A DNA stretch of 64,000 nucleotides from Oopsacas minuta (Eukaryota; Animalia; Porifera). The stretch covers positions 558,001 to 622,000 of the forward strand of contig JAKMXF010000222.1 in NCBI GenBank assembly GCA_024704765.1, read 5' to 3'. Under the pieces are notes generated by a model that was not told the DNA's origin, searched no databases, and saw nothing but the letters and a program-made list of their open reading frames with translations. The position numbers were made by a program, and so were the translations under genes. This document shows, piece after piece, positions 25,386-38,803 of the stretch. How positions within the stretch are numbered: the first letter of the stretch is position 1; the number at the start of each line of letters is the position of its first letter.

Positions 25386-27491
25386 TGATCTGCACGCAGA
25401 ATTAAGTGCTAGTTCTATTGCCACATCATTTTTTGTTTTTCCTAAAACATATTGAGTTAAATATGCACATTCTTCAAAAGTTTTACAAATGATGAAAAAG
25501 GCTGTCAACGTGCGTTATATAGTAATTTGTATTTGTCGACAAAAAACGATGGATTTTATTATTGAAACAGCTTAGCACGATTTTCCTGAATTTCATTGAT
25601 ACAAGTTGTAGGTAATTAATTGTTGGAGAACTACTGGTTGAACTTGTGTGCTCTTTTGATACATTCCATTAGCATACTGGTTGATTCAATATGCCACAAG
25701 TTCTTTGCATATGCTCGGGTGTCATTATGAAAATCGTTGTATAAGGTGTAATAATGAAGCATCTAGCAATTCCTCTTCGGATTGTGGGAGGAATAGATGA
25801 CACAATACGTACAAAGACCACCTTTGAAAGTATAAAATTTGAATAGACCAACCATGGAAATTCTTCCAACCAATCCTTTCTAAAAGCTCTATGTTTTTGG
25901 AATCTATTTTGAAACCATAATCATCGATCGGGTGAAGACTAAGTGTCCAGCAATAGCTTCAGCTTATTTCCAAAGGGAATACTTTTGCTCAAATAATTCC
26001 CTACACCAAGAATATATGTTAATTCATCAAATTTATTATGTTATTCCATTTATTTGATGATTCAACACATATTCCATCAAGAGCAGTTTCTTGTTGTGGT
26101 TTAAGTGTGTGTTATAACTAGCAAAACTCTCTTCTTGGCCGCAATCAATCCATCATGCATCAGTAGGAATAAATTCTATACGTGGCGATTTTGAACAAAA
26201 GAACAGCCATTTTTTGCTAAATATATGCTAGGAGGGAATAAATAATTAAGAATACAAATTGTGGAATGTAAGATATAATATTCAATGACTTATATTGGTT
26301 ACACATAAAGTTTATAAATATAGCGTAGGCTAGAGGGGTGACAAAATCCACACACTCGGTTCCATCTCTTGAGAAATTATTAAAATATTATTGAAAGCCG
26401 GTGTGTAGGGGGGAAACTGTCCAACCCATTATCTCATTGTTGGGTATTTTGGGCATGGCTCGGACAAGCTCGAGTCTTGGACAAAATTTCACAAGCTTTC
26501 TCGGCTGTTAGGTGCCTGCGATATGTAAAATTCGTGACATTTGGCGTCCATATACACAAAGTTCCAAAGTTTGCTCTATAGAGCTAATGTAGAGGCGAGT
26601 AGCCTTATTTCTGATATCAATTCTCCTTATCGACACACTTTGAAGGTGTTTAAATGCAATGTTGCCACATTCTTGAGACATTCCTGTGTTGCTAGGGAAA
26701 AATATTCACGAACATATTCGAGTGACCCTCAAAGGACGTGAAATCTTTACTGATTACGAATTCATAGTGGATGACTTATATGCATATAAGCACCTTCACA
26801 ATGTGTCCACAGTGGCACATAGATTGAGTGTACTTCACACCTCTGAACCTCGATGAAGTGCCTCCCCGTTTAAAAAATTCAAGCACACCCTAGTGCAACT
26901 TTGTACCAAATTTGGTTCTTTTACCCGACTCTTCACGGTTTCAGCGCTAAAAAACCTGACTATTTCCTTTCCTAATTCAAATTATTTTAATATTTAACCA
27001 TAATTTCTCCCTGTTCAATACTAAACAATTAACCATTCGATTAATTTAACCATATTTAATAGGAATCACCGCCCATTTGATGTTATACACCTATACTAGC
27101 TTGTGCCTTCGAGCTTCGCTGTGCTATTTACTTCTGGTCATGCGAGATATGGCCGAATACAAAATATAGCGTTCAACATCTGGCATTGGTATAAAACGTT
27201 TATACTGTTATTAGAATATACAAGTTGGTGTATTCGGCTTTGAGCAATTCCCAATCTGGCAATCCTACTTTACAGTTCACACAACTTCCGCCTCTAGATT
27301 AATACAAGGTATATACCTGAGATAACTGTAATATAATGTGATATTTAGGGTAAGATGAGAGCGAAGCGAGCAGAAAATATACGGTTTTCGATTTGAGCCA
27401 ATATTTCAGTGTATTGCATGAATTTCCAATACCACTATGATTTCGTATCATGTCAATTTATCCTGTTGGGGGTATAATCTGACCTGTTTCA

Positions 27492-28284
27492 CGGGTGTAG
27501 CAGCTCAAATTAACCCCCCACCAGAAAATACTCAGGTATACTCTGGATTAACCCAGATTATCCCACAGGGTATAAACTAGGCTAGGCTGGCTTATACCCT
27601 GGGTTTAAACTGGGCTAGCCCAGATGATACCTTCTGAGCCTGGATCAGTGTTTCTCAACGTCCGACATCCCATTCCTCCCTTAGCGACCTTCAAGTTCTT
27701 CCATAGCCTCCGATTCCCTATCTCTGAATCATCATTATACCTTAATTTTGTAATAGTAATGATTAATTTTTCAGTTAGTCTACCAAACAAACAATTGAAA
27801 ATATTCACATTTTCAATAGAAGTATGTATAACTATCCATATATATATATAACAAATAATCCATAAAATATGAAATCAACAAACTGAACAGTGAATAATGT
27901 TACCGAACAAGTATTATTATTCCGAATACTTCTATGTTTGGATGTGTTTGATCAATAATATTTGGTTAGATAATCTAAATATTTGTCCAAGTTCTGAACC
28001 AGGTCAAGTCGAAATGAATTGACTAGGTGAACCGATTTTCAGTGGTCAGTGACCCAAAAGCCTGGTGGATATTCCTTAAACATAATCCTCCCCAGGGGGG
28101 CCAAGTGGACCCCGTTGAGAATCCTGGCCTAGACTAACCCCCTGGGTATAAACTAGCCTAGCCCAGATTAACCCCGGGGCTTTATCTGGGCTATCCCAGT
28201 TTATACCTGGGGATTAATCTAGGCTAGCCCAGACTATACCCGGAGTTAACTGGGTTGGGAGGTTAATCTAGGCTGTTTCACCGG
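27492..28284. repeat. Element with long degenerate inverted ends made of ctgggctagcccag/taaccccggg units
   Basis: 27492-27625 and 28130-28284 are related in inverted orientation. Another copy of the end sequence lies at ~58745-58845. Confidence 0.45.
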
Positions 28285-28515
28285 CTCTGACCACAGTCAT
28301 AATATTACAGAATCTCCCTTGCTAATTTAGCCATTCAGGAGTGCCAAGCTCGTAAAAACTAGTCCTGCCATCGTGAGAATGATAGCGCAACTGGGCAGGC
28401 TCTGCTGCCCATGAATGATAGGACTAACATACTATTTAAGGAAAAATGATCCGGCCCCCTTGCTACGGCCCTATCAGTAGCAGTAAAAATATGATTTATC
28501 CAATCTAATCATTTA

Positions 28516-29772
28516 ATGCAAGTTAGCTATCCCACTAATTGTAAGATGAATACTCAAGAAGAATTAACTGACGAGAAAACAAAGTGTAAGACAAGATGCA
28601 TCAGTGTAAAAGGGCGACTGATTATATCCTTCTTTTGTATAGTTGGAGACGTACTCTCTTGGACAATTCGTGCTGAATTTTTTCAAGGGATTGAAGGGAT
28701 TTATAATAAGCCAATATTTATCAGCTACGTTGTACATTCTTGCTATGTTTTCTTCTTCTTTGCCTGGTTAGTGTTGCGCTATTTTCCTCTAATTTTGAAA
28801 TCCAGAAGGATTAAACCATCGATCTACTCTTGGAAATATTACCTTTTAATCTCGTGTATCTTTACAATCATTATATTCGCCTTTAACTACACTTGGTATT
28901 TATCACTTCCTCTTACTGAAGTAGCTGCGAATACAGCGATATATGAGGCAGCTACTGCGTTTGTTTTTATATTTTCTGTACCAATTCTTGGAGAGAGAGT
29001 CACTTTGGTTAAAATACTCTCTCTTATCGTTTCTATTATTGGAGTATGCCTTATATCATTATTCCCCGGTCAATCTAATGCAAATCGCACAGTTATAATC
29101 CATAACTTATCAAATCTAACCAATAGATCCTCCAATATGACTGTTCTCACTGAAGCTACAATCAATAATTCAACTCTGGGTTATTCTCTAGTAATTTTTA
29201 GCACAGTATTATATTCATTGTATGAAGTTTTATACAAAAGATTATCTTCTAGCCCAAGAGACACTTCTCCCATCCATAATACAATACGCATGCTAGGCTT
29301 AATAGGGATCTGGTATATGATACTTGTTGCTCCCTTTCTACTCATTGCTCACTTCACTGGTCTGGAGAAATTCGAAATCCCGAGTTTAAATGTAGCACTC
29401 TTAATTTTGCTTAATAGCGCCCTTGATGGCTTCTCTAACATTCTTATTTTGATTGGTATCGTATTATCTTCCCCTTTGTTCATTAGTATGGGTGCACTGT
29501 TGGCCCTTCCAACTTCTATGTTAGCTGATTATATTTTCCACAAAATAGTTATGAGTAATTTATCAATATTGGGAGCTGTTTGTATTTTGGTGGGATTCAT
29601 AGGGTTTATCATTTCCACAGTTTTACATGACCATACAGATAACAATAGAGAATCTTCTAGATGTTTTTCGTTAAAAAAGGGATGGACTATCAAGAACTAT
29701 TTTTTTCTATATTCGGTTGGTTGGTATTCTACAGTTAATTCTGAAGATGTAAAACCATTGCTTAATAGATAA
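28516..29772 (+). CDS. SLC35F-like / EamA (drug-metabolite transporter superfamily) membrane transporter, 418 aa, intronless
   Basis: About 10 hydrophobic helices in two repeats; YNKPIFISY, NYTWYLSL..TEVAANTAI, ERVT..KI.S...SIIGV, SSPLFISMG..L.LP.S..AD. The real start may be the second Met at 28546. Confidence 0.85.
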   Translation: MQVSYPTNCKMNTQEELTDEKTKCKTRCISVKGRLIISFFCIVGDVLSWTIRAEFFQGIEGIYNKPIFISYVVHSCYVFFFFAWLVLRYFPLILKSRRIKPSIYSWKYYLLISCIFTIIIFAFNYTWYLSLPLTEVAANTAIYEAATAFVFIFSVPILGERVTLVKILSLIVSIIGVCLISLFPGQSNANRTVIIHNLSNLTNRSSNMTVLTEATINNSTLGYSLVIFSTVLYSLYEVLYKRLSSSPRDTSPIHNTIRMLGLIGIWYMILVAPFLLIAHFTGLEKFEIPSLNVALLILLNSALDGFSNILILIGIVLSSPLFISMGALLALPTSMLADYIFHKIVMSNLSILGAVCILVGFIGFIISTVLHDHTDNNRESSRCFSLKKGWTIKNYFFLYSVGWYSTVNSEDVKPLLNR

Positions 29773-31458
29773 ATCATAGCCTTCCGATGAATTTTTTCTG
29801 TTTTACCATTGTGGATGTAATGTGATTTTACTAATATTTATGTTTGTATATATTTGTAATGACCATCTTTTAATATTTTCTACTGTTAGTTAAGATTAAC
29901 TAGTATGCTGATCGGTCGGGTCAGGTCCTCCAAATTTGATTTTGTTTCTTAAAACTTGGCGTTAATGGCCAGACCCAAGTCGACTTGTTGGTTCATATTT
30001 GGTCAAAAGGCTATATATCGACAGGGGCATACCTTGCGGGGGATGTGACACCACTGTTAAATTAGAATATCTGATCACCATACTTGAGTGAGTAGGCAAA
30101 AACAGTGTGTAGTTGTACGAAATAGTTTTATTATATGTACAGGGGTTTATCTATTAATTTCTGGGCGGACTTTTTGGACAGTAACATATTGATCCTATAC
30201 AAATTTAAGTCTCACGGTCAGGACTTTGTGTCTTTCATGGCTGCTAAATTGGCATTTTCAGGTCCCCGTACCTAGATAATCTCTGTATATGTATACGAGT
30301 ATGATGAGACAGGATAAATATTCCAAATTCAAACGACCCATTTTCGTCGGTAAAACCGAATGATTACATACCCTCACTCAAATTGGTCAGGGTACGCAAC
30401 TGTGAAATATTTACTGAGAATGATGATACAGTATATACAGTAGAAACCGCCTAATAGCAAATCGTATTTGTATGAGTTTTTATTGCTAATACGCGAATTT
30501 TGCTATTATGCGAACTATTTACCATACAAACTGTACTTTAGGCCCATGAAAAAGTTGGTATTAGACGAATTACTACTAGGCGGTTTCCACGTTAAAACGA
30601 TGGATTTTCGTCGGCGAAACCGAGTGGTTGCACCCCCCACTCAAATTGGTCACAGGACGCTACTGCTCAGAGGCTATGTTAAATACTTTAGGACTGCAGC
30701 GACTTTGATTACTGCACTTGTATAAACGATCACTGTTGCCACGTATATATGTTTTATTGTCCATTTGTCTGAGCCTAGTTTATGAGACAAATTTAATTCT
30801 TGTAATTATCTGTTTTCTTTTATCTGAGATTGTATTAAAAATACAAGAATAATTAGTAGGAAATCCGCCTGCTCTTATTTGACTCTAATTCCTATGTAAT
30901 GGAATAATATACAGAATCAGTAATCTAATTGTCTACAGCATTCCTACAATTTTCTTATAAATGATTAGATATTGAATTACACTTCTGGAAATTCTCCATT
31001 CCGTAATTATGACAAGTATTTTAGCCTCTTACTGTATAGTTTGTATAGCTTTGACATTTATTGTTCAGTTACTTATAATTGTATTGGCTTATTTAATTCC
31101 TATCATTTTGTGTTGCTACAAGACATCCATTTTCCTTTTGCTATTGAGAATCTAATTAACAGCTCAACATTTGCTGGAACAAACGTGCCTCCAATAAAAC
31201 GAGATCGACTGAGTTTTTTTGCCTGTTTAAATAATATTTTCCATCGTATCTCCTGAATCTGATTTGGCATATATACAGGATATTTTTGTATTCATTTAAA
31301 TATTGAAAGTATAATTCAATCATATCTGAAAATGCACGTAGAAACTAACTTTAAGGTTGCAATTAATTTTGCATATATTTTAGTTATTGGAGAGTTTTAC
31401 CGTGAACAAATTGTTATATAATCACATTGGATACTATTGGGTGCTGAATTTTATTTCT

Positions 31459-32360
31459 ATAGCAACACAAGAAGGGCTCAGGAATGTGTCAACATTCCAT
31501 TTTGAGAACTTACCCAAACCCTATCGAGTGTCCCCCTTATTCGACGCCGCTCGACGAATTGAGTCTAGTTATGTACATATAAGCCCTCCAAATGACCTTT
31601 AACTCGATTGTACGGTATCGGTCCCCGCGGCCTGTTAATTCCCTTGCTTATTTCACATATTTCTTGCCAACACATAATATTATCATTTTGTTTTTGAGAG
31701 ACATATTAACTGCGGACGTATAATTTAGTATTAAGACGTGGATCGAGGTATTTGATCCAGTTATTTATGCTAAGTTGATCAGAAAAATATTGGTTTGTAG
31801 CGTCTAGTAACTATACGGTCTTAATAATTACAGATATATGACTCGTGGTAAAGGGGATAATCCGAATTCTATCGCCTAGAAACTCTATATATCTTGTTAA
31901 AATATCACCAATGTCTATCTGACATAATATACAAAGTTTCTAGGCGATAGAATTCGGATTATCCCCTGTACTACGAGTCATATATCTGTAATTATTAAGA
32001 CTGTATAGTTACTAGACGCTACAAACCAATATTTTTCTGATCAACTTAGCATAAATAACTGGATCAAATACCTCGATCCACGTCTTAATACTAAATTATA
32101 CGTCCGCAGTTAATATGTCTCTCAAAAACAAAATGATAATATTATGTGTTGGCAAGAAATATGTGAAATAAGCAAGGGAATTAACAGGCCGCGGGGACCG
32201 ATACCGTACAATCGAGTTAAAGGTCATTTGGAGGGCTTATATGTACATAACTAGACTCAATTCGTCGAGCGGCGTCGAATAAGGGGGACACTCGATAGGG
32301 TTTGGGTAAGTTCTCAAAATGGAATGTTGACACATTCCTGAGACCTTCTTGTGTTGCTAT
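31459..32360. repeat. Long near-perfect inverted repeat: 426-bp arms (31459-31884 and 31935-32360) with a 50-bp spacer
   Basis: Manual comparison of the arms found 4 mismatches and no indels. No target-site duplication is visible. Confidence 0.95.
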
Positions 32361-34284
32361 GGAAAAAATATTCCCTAATATGGTCATGTGACCACTTAAA
32401 CGACAGAGAATTTACTCTGATTACGAAAAATATGACTTCAATCATAGAAGTTATTTCAATTTTTACACCTCCTCTAGTGCAATATTCTAGTGCAATCTGA
32501 TGACCACACAAAATTCCTCAACACACGTTTTTTCTAAAGCTAATCTTTGCGGATTTTGGAAAATTATTGCATAAAATTCTACAACCAATTATATCGATAA
32601 TGTTTATATAACAATTTGTTCCCAGAAAGGCCTGTTTTTTGGGCTCCCACGCTACACTAGTAGCTTATAGCCATATAGGAAGTAATCTGTTATTAATTAT
32701 AGTTACATACTGCTACATAGCGATTGTACTACGTTGTCTATCAATTCAACGCAGCCAATGCTTTGTTGAATATTTTCTTTCTTTTTCTTGGTGTCTAAAA
32801 ACTAATTCATATATTCTAGTAAATTGCATATCATAAATTACTATGTAATAACAATAATTGAAGCCACAACTGCACACATTTCTTGACTAATCGAATGAAT
32901 TAGTAGAATTATCTGTGAAGCTGTATGGAATGATGACTATAATTCAACGTAATGGAGGTAATCGAACTCATTGGCTGTGATTCCGGAGGATTTGTATAGT
33001 ATAGACAAACTCTCCTATTCTGTCAAACCACGTTTAAATGTATTTCAGTCCATTTAATAAGTAAATACCAATGAATGAGTTTTTTGGTAATTTAATGTAA
33101 ACAATATTATCAATGCATTATGAATCCCCGCGGGGTCATACAGCACCAAATACCTGAATCCTTGTTCGGAACTCAAGTAATCAATATTTAGTATTCCTAA
33201 CGTTAGAAATACAATAACTATTTCACTCAGTTTACTTAACAACCTATTCCTAATTAGTCATTTCAATGATTTGATAAGGAGCAGATAATACTATATTGAA
33301 AAGATTTCTAATTCCAAATATTGAGTTTAAATCATAATTAGAAGAATCAATACACACATCGATGATGGAGTGTGTGTACATACGTGTAGTGGCCGATATG
33401 ACAACTATATCAGTTTTAGCTAATGCCTTTAGGGATAATTAATTTCACTACTAAATATGTACAGTAGAACCTACTAGGTCGCTGTACGACAGGCAACCAT
33501 ATACTTAGTACTTACTTCGTTCCTTGGATTAGCTTAACAAAACATTGGCTAACTTTCTTAGTACTTATGGTCGCTTTACAACGGAATACTCTGCCTTGCG
33601 TACCGATAATTTAAAACAGCGGAACTTTTATGAATTTATTATCCCTTGTTCAAGTTTGGAGAATTTTCAATTTTGTATAGTGACGTAATAATTCCATGAT
33701 GAGAATGAAATTGGTGAAAAATTTGACTTCATGAGATGGGCCATTTTGAAAGATAACTGTGATTCCAATTTCAAACTTCTATCATATATATTGGCTGAAA
33801 AGTGGCGAATATTGATTTTTCGAAAATCAAAAAAGGTAAGAATTACCTCATGATTCAAAATTGTTCGAGTCAGGTCCAAAATACCAGCATGCCAAAATCA
33901 ACCATGGGGTCTTCCACTTTCTTCAATCTTTCCGAACATACGAACATGTTTATACATATTTATTGTCTTTTAATATTATAAATTTATAACATTTTTGATA
34001 TTCTGTCGGTTCCAGTAGAGCCTGACCTTTCTACCCAAGACTAAAAATAGGAATCCTGGGGGCGTAGGTGCCAAACTCTGGAGGGGAATCAGCTTATAGA
34101 GCTAATGCAAATCTTAAATCTATGTGTGAGACCCCTGCCAGTTAAATTGATTATCATTTCCGTTAAAGAAATGTTCTACTTTAGTGTACGTATAGTATAC
34201 ATATACTTCATACAAAACTGATATATTTATCAAGAAGCTAAATATAAATTAAACTAATTACTTAATTTTAAAAAATAAATGTAT

Positions 34285-34995
34285 TCAGATGTTTGCCTGT
34301 GTTCTCTCCAGATGAACAACATTTTTGGATTTCATACTCGTAACCATAGAAACTGTAGAAAAGATTGCGATGGTAAAAGCTATAATACCCAAGAGACATA
34401 AAAATATCAAGATACTCCCAAGGACTAGGGTAAGTTTATCAGCTGTAATGGGCTGAACTAAATCTGGTATACAATTCGAATGGTTAGCAATAGATATATA
34501 TCCAGCTGTACAACCACAGCGATAACCTCCTATTTCGTTAATGCAAGTTTGCTCACAATTATCAATCTTTTCTTCACATTCATTAATATCAGTACAAGAT
34601 ATTCCATCTCCTTCTCTAGTAAATCCTAGCTCACAAGTACACATATAAGATCCTATTTTGTTTACACAAATATGTGAGCACTGTCCGTTCTCATAATTGC
34701 ATTCATCAATATCTGAACATGACAAACTGTCGTCATTTAGTTCGTAGCCCCTGTGACAGAAGCAATATTGGTTATTATCAATGTTGAAACATTGTTGTTC
34801 ACAATCGTTCAGTTCCTCACAATCAAATGTGCCATCACCACTCATCTCCAATCCAAATTCGTTTTCTCCAAAGTATTCCCACTCTCCATATCCACTGAAT
34901 TCATCATGTTTAGCATTCAATAAAATTGTATAAGACATAAGTAACAGGAACAACAAGTTGTATGCAGATAACATTGTTGAGAAATTGAATGACAT
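34285..34995 (-). CDS. Small type-I membrane protein with three EGF-like domains (two calcium-binding), 236 aa, intronless
   Basis: Signal peptide, acidic Ser-Gly segment, EGF (CEELNDCEQQC..CFCHRGY), cbEGF consensus DIDEC..C..C.N..GSY.C.C and DINEC..C..C.N..GGY.C.C, TM helix and a short basic tail. Confidence 0.88.
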   Translation of the reverse strand: MSFNFSTMLSAYNLLFLLLMSYTILLNAKHDEFSGYGEWEYFGENEFGLEMSGDGTFDCEELNDCEQQCFNIDNNQYCFCHRGYELNDDSLSCSDIDECNYENGQCSHICVNKIGSYMCTCELGFTREGDGISCTDINECEEKIDNCEQTCINEIGGYRCGCTAGYISIANHSNCIPDLVQPITADKLTLVLGSILIFLCLLGIIAFTIAIFSTVSMVTSMKSKNVVHLERTQANI

Positions 34996-36185
34996 AACTA
35001 GCTATTTAACAATCAGGCTCAATATATACTTTCATAAGGCAAACTTAATAGTGCTATACGATTGCTATTGCCATCCGTTAATTCTAATGCCAATGGTTTC
35101 GAGTTACAGAGAGGCTTCTGCCATTTTATGAGCTCATATAGAGATATAAGCAATTGATTATATCCTCCACTTGTTGAAGCATTGTGTGGCTAATCGATTC
35201 TAACCTGTGAAAATCTACTAAACTAGGCAGACTGACGCAATAATGTAATATTGATGTGGCCACACATGGCCATAGTATTCGCTATTCGTAGAAGCAGAAG
35301 CAATTCAGGGATTCTAGAACTCTAGTCACAGCCTAGCCTCCAAATACCTAATTGAATATAAGTTGTAAAACTATATCTCTTGATGACCTGCCACGGAATA
35401 TTGGTCCGGCCGGACCAAATATATCAGAAAATCTTGGTCTGGGTTGATGTTTTGTCAATTGAATAAAATATTTTCAGGACTTAAGTCTATAGATTCGTAA
35501 TGCAACCCCTCTGGAATGTGTGCGTCAGCGGTCCTAGGCGGAAACATTGCATTGGTGGGGCAAATTCGGCAAAACTGGACAGTAGAGGTGTTGGGTTCAG
35601 AAACGAAAATGCATTTGATTAATTGAATAATTTTGGGACTGCAAGGACAATATTGTAAAGCACTGGACGCTGTTCGAATTAGCGAGGGTCTACGGTAATA
35701 GAAATATGATATCAAATCATGCGGATTCCAAAATATATTTTAGAAAAAAGAATGCTGCTGTATAAACTGTGCTTAAACTATGTTCTCAGTGTTTTTAACT
35801 CTTGACAGGTGTATTTAATGACATGAGACAGGAGTTTAATTTGAAAACAATGGTTGGTATGAAGAAATGCGTTCACATTCCTGTGTTGCTAAGTAAATTT
35901 ATTTCCGTTGATTGAAGCTATGACTCAAAAAACTATGAGAGTACCCAACAGTGTTGCCAGATGGAGGCAATTATATAATTATGCTAATTGAACTAACAAA
36001 CTTTACTACAAGTTTGCCAAGAGATTGCGCAGCCAACAGAGTAGGAGTACAGTTCCTGCCTCTGGGTTATGATTCTACCCAATGAACAATGATTAGACAT
36101 TAGAATATGGTTATTATTGTTATTTCTAAAGGGTTTAAAATATGGTTAATTTATACTATTCACACGTAATTAATCTGGATGTGTA

Positions 36186-37481
36186 CAGGGTGACACATAA
36201 ATACTGTTACAACTTTTAAAACTATCATATTGTAGATGAATATAATTCAATAGCGTTGAAACTTATCCAATATATTGTACTACATATCTATTTTATCTCA
36301 ATAAATCTCACTTAGAAGTTTTATTATTTCAACATTTTGTAATGGAGACTCGTCGTTCAGCTGTTATTGAGTAATTCAAGGCCGGAAAATGCCGAAGTGA
36401 AATTGCCTCTTTGCTCAGTTACAATAGGATGTTTATTTCGCGAACTTTGTCACGGTTTGCAGATACAGGGGACGTGTTAGACCGACCACGACCTGGCCGT
36501 CCACGTACTGCACGGAAAATTTCTTTGACCAAGAGGGTGCTACAACGGATTAAACGAAATCCCGCCCGAAGTATCCGAAAAATGGCCATTGAAACAAATA
36601 CAAACAGAGAATCGATGCGGAGGCTTGTTTGTAATGATTTGGGCATGAAAGCGTACAAAATGAAAAAAAGACAACTCCTCACAGCCAAAAATAAAAGTAT
36701 GAGGTTGGAAAGATGCAAGGCCATGCTTTCACGTTTCATCAATGGTCGACACAAGCAGATCCTTTTCTCTGATGAGAAATTATTTACTGTTCAGCAGGTC
36801 CTAAACAAGCAAAATCATAGGATTTAGCCACCGATAAGAGTACTTTGCCTGAATCTACTTTCCGGGTCTCTAGAACGCAGAAACCAGCTTCAGTGATGGT
36901 ATGGGCCGGGGTTACTGCAACTGGTCGGACACCTTTGATATTTACCCCCCAAGCTGTGAAAATCAACCAATCGGTTTATCGGGAATCAATTCTTGAGAAT
37001 GTTTTGAAGCCTTGGGGCACAATCACATTTTGGAAACGACCTATGGGTATTCCAGCAAGATTCTGCCCCAGCTCACAAGGCTAAAGCCACTCAAAAGTGG
37101 TGCAAGACCAATTTTCCGGGGTCATTTCTTCCGAAGAGTGGCCACCTTATTCGCAGACCTTAACACCCTCGACTTCTCTATATGGTCCATATTGGACGAG
37201 AGGGTTAACGCTACACCCCATCGTTCAGTTGAGGTTCTTAAGAGTACATTATTAAGAGAGTGGTCAAAGATTCCGGATGAGCATGTGTGTGCCAGTGTAG
37301 ACTCCTTCATCGTCCGTCTGAAGAGCTGCATTAAGGCAAAAGGCGATATATTTGAGTAATACTTTCTTAATTTTCAACCCTATAGTATATCTAAACATAA
37401 TTTAGAATATTAGAACGATCGCTCCAATAGTTTTTGTTTTCAGCCCTTTTATATTTGTAACAGTATTTATGTGTCACCCTG
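36186..37481 (+). mobile_element. Full-length Tc1/mariner element, maT (DD37D) family, second lineage
   Basis: Perfect 27-bp TIRs cagggtgacacataaatactgttacaa with TA on both sides. The transposase runs 36342-37359 with a TAA at 36372-36374 and four 1-bp frameshifts. Motifs GRPR, ILFSDEKLF, VMVWAG, QQDSAPAH, SPDLNTLD; D2-D3 spacing is 37 after repair. Confidence 0.93.
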
Positions 37482-38803
37482 TATATTTAAATATATGTTT
37501 GTATGTCTAGAATTGATTGAAGAAACTGGAAATATCCTGACATCATGATTCTGATCAACAGCTAACTCATCATGGGATTATTACGTCATCATGACAGTAC
37601 AAAAATTACTAACCAAAAGGACATAGTATCTCTAGTGTCACCACAGAAGGCCATTGAATGTGAATTTGGGTGGACAATGGATAATATAATTTTTTAAATT
37701 GTAACTATTCTGTGAATTCGGGGCAAGTAGTATCGCGTATATTCTGAGCGCGTAGTCATAAATAAATCTGTGTATTTGTAACTTTCATGGCCTGAAATCG
37801 GACTCAATGCACCTAATCGCCCCTGAATCCCTGACAACATTTTTTATTGAAAGTTTGAAACCTGATCTCTAGCATAATCTCAAAAAAGGTTTGAAAATTT
37901 AACTTTACAAATATACATACCACAAGTGTAAATCTAAAACTAAAATATACTATATAAGTACCAATTTGGTAATAACCAGACTGCTAGATTTCGTACGGCC
38001 GGGCTACCAAGGAACGGACGGATGTCGGACATCATCCATACAATTAGGGTATCTCTCTATAGGAGCTGCACTAACAAGTGTAATGGGGTATAATCTGGGC
38101 TATTACACTGGTTTGGCTTTATGTACATGTAGAATGAATTTTATGGTATTTAAACGTTATTAACGTATAGAAGAGTGGTTCAAACACCCACATATAATCA
38201 CTTAAAATTTACATGGTATGATTGGTAGCACTTTTAAATGATGTACCGCCCATGTATCGATGTATGTGTGAATAAATCAATGTTGCAACCGAATAGTTCA
38301 ATATTCCATATTCAGTTGTACAAACCAAATAATATCAATATCATATTTGGACCCAGCATACTCGACTACCTCAGTATAACCATTGAAGCATGTTTCTACC
38401 ACAGTTTTGAAATTTGTTTATACGTTAATTTTATGTTCATAAAAACAACAATAAATTACATATGATTAATCCAAAAGTGTGAAATTCGGATTCAGCATGT
38501 CCGATATATTTAGTGAAGTTTTATTGAATTCTATTTAGTTCCTTGATAAACACGATAATACATAGTTGTGCGACTATTTGAAAATTGCATACCGTAAATC
38601 CTTTCCTTGACAACGGACAAACAAACAGCAAATAAGATTTAATATTATAGTGTAATTGAATCCGCAGGTACTGATATTTATTCTTGTTTCTTATTCTACT
38701 TACTTTATTAGCAAATCCCTAAATATGTTCCTATTAACTTTATACTTTACTCAATGAGTGTTTCCTCTTGTTGATTTCCCATTCTATACCTTGATTAGCC
38801 AAA

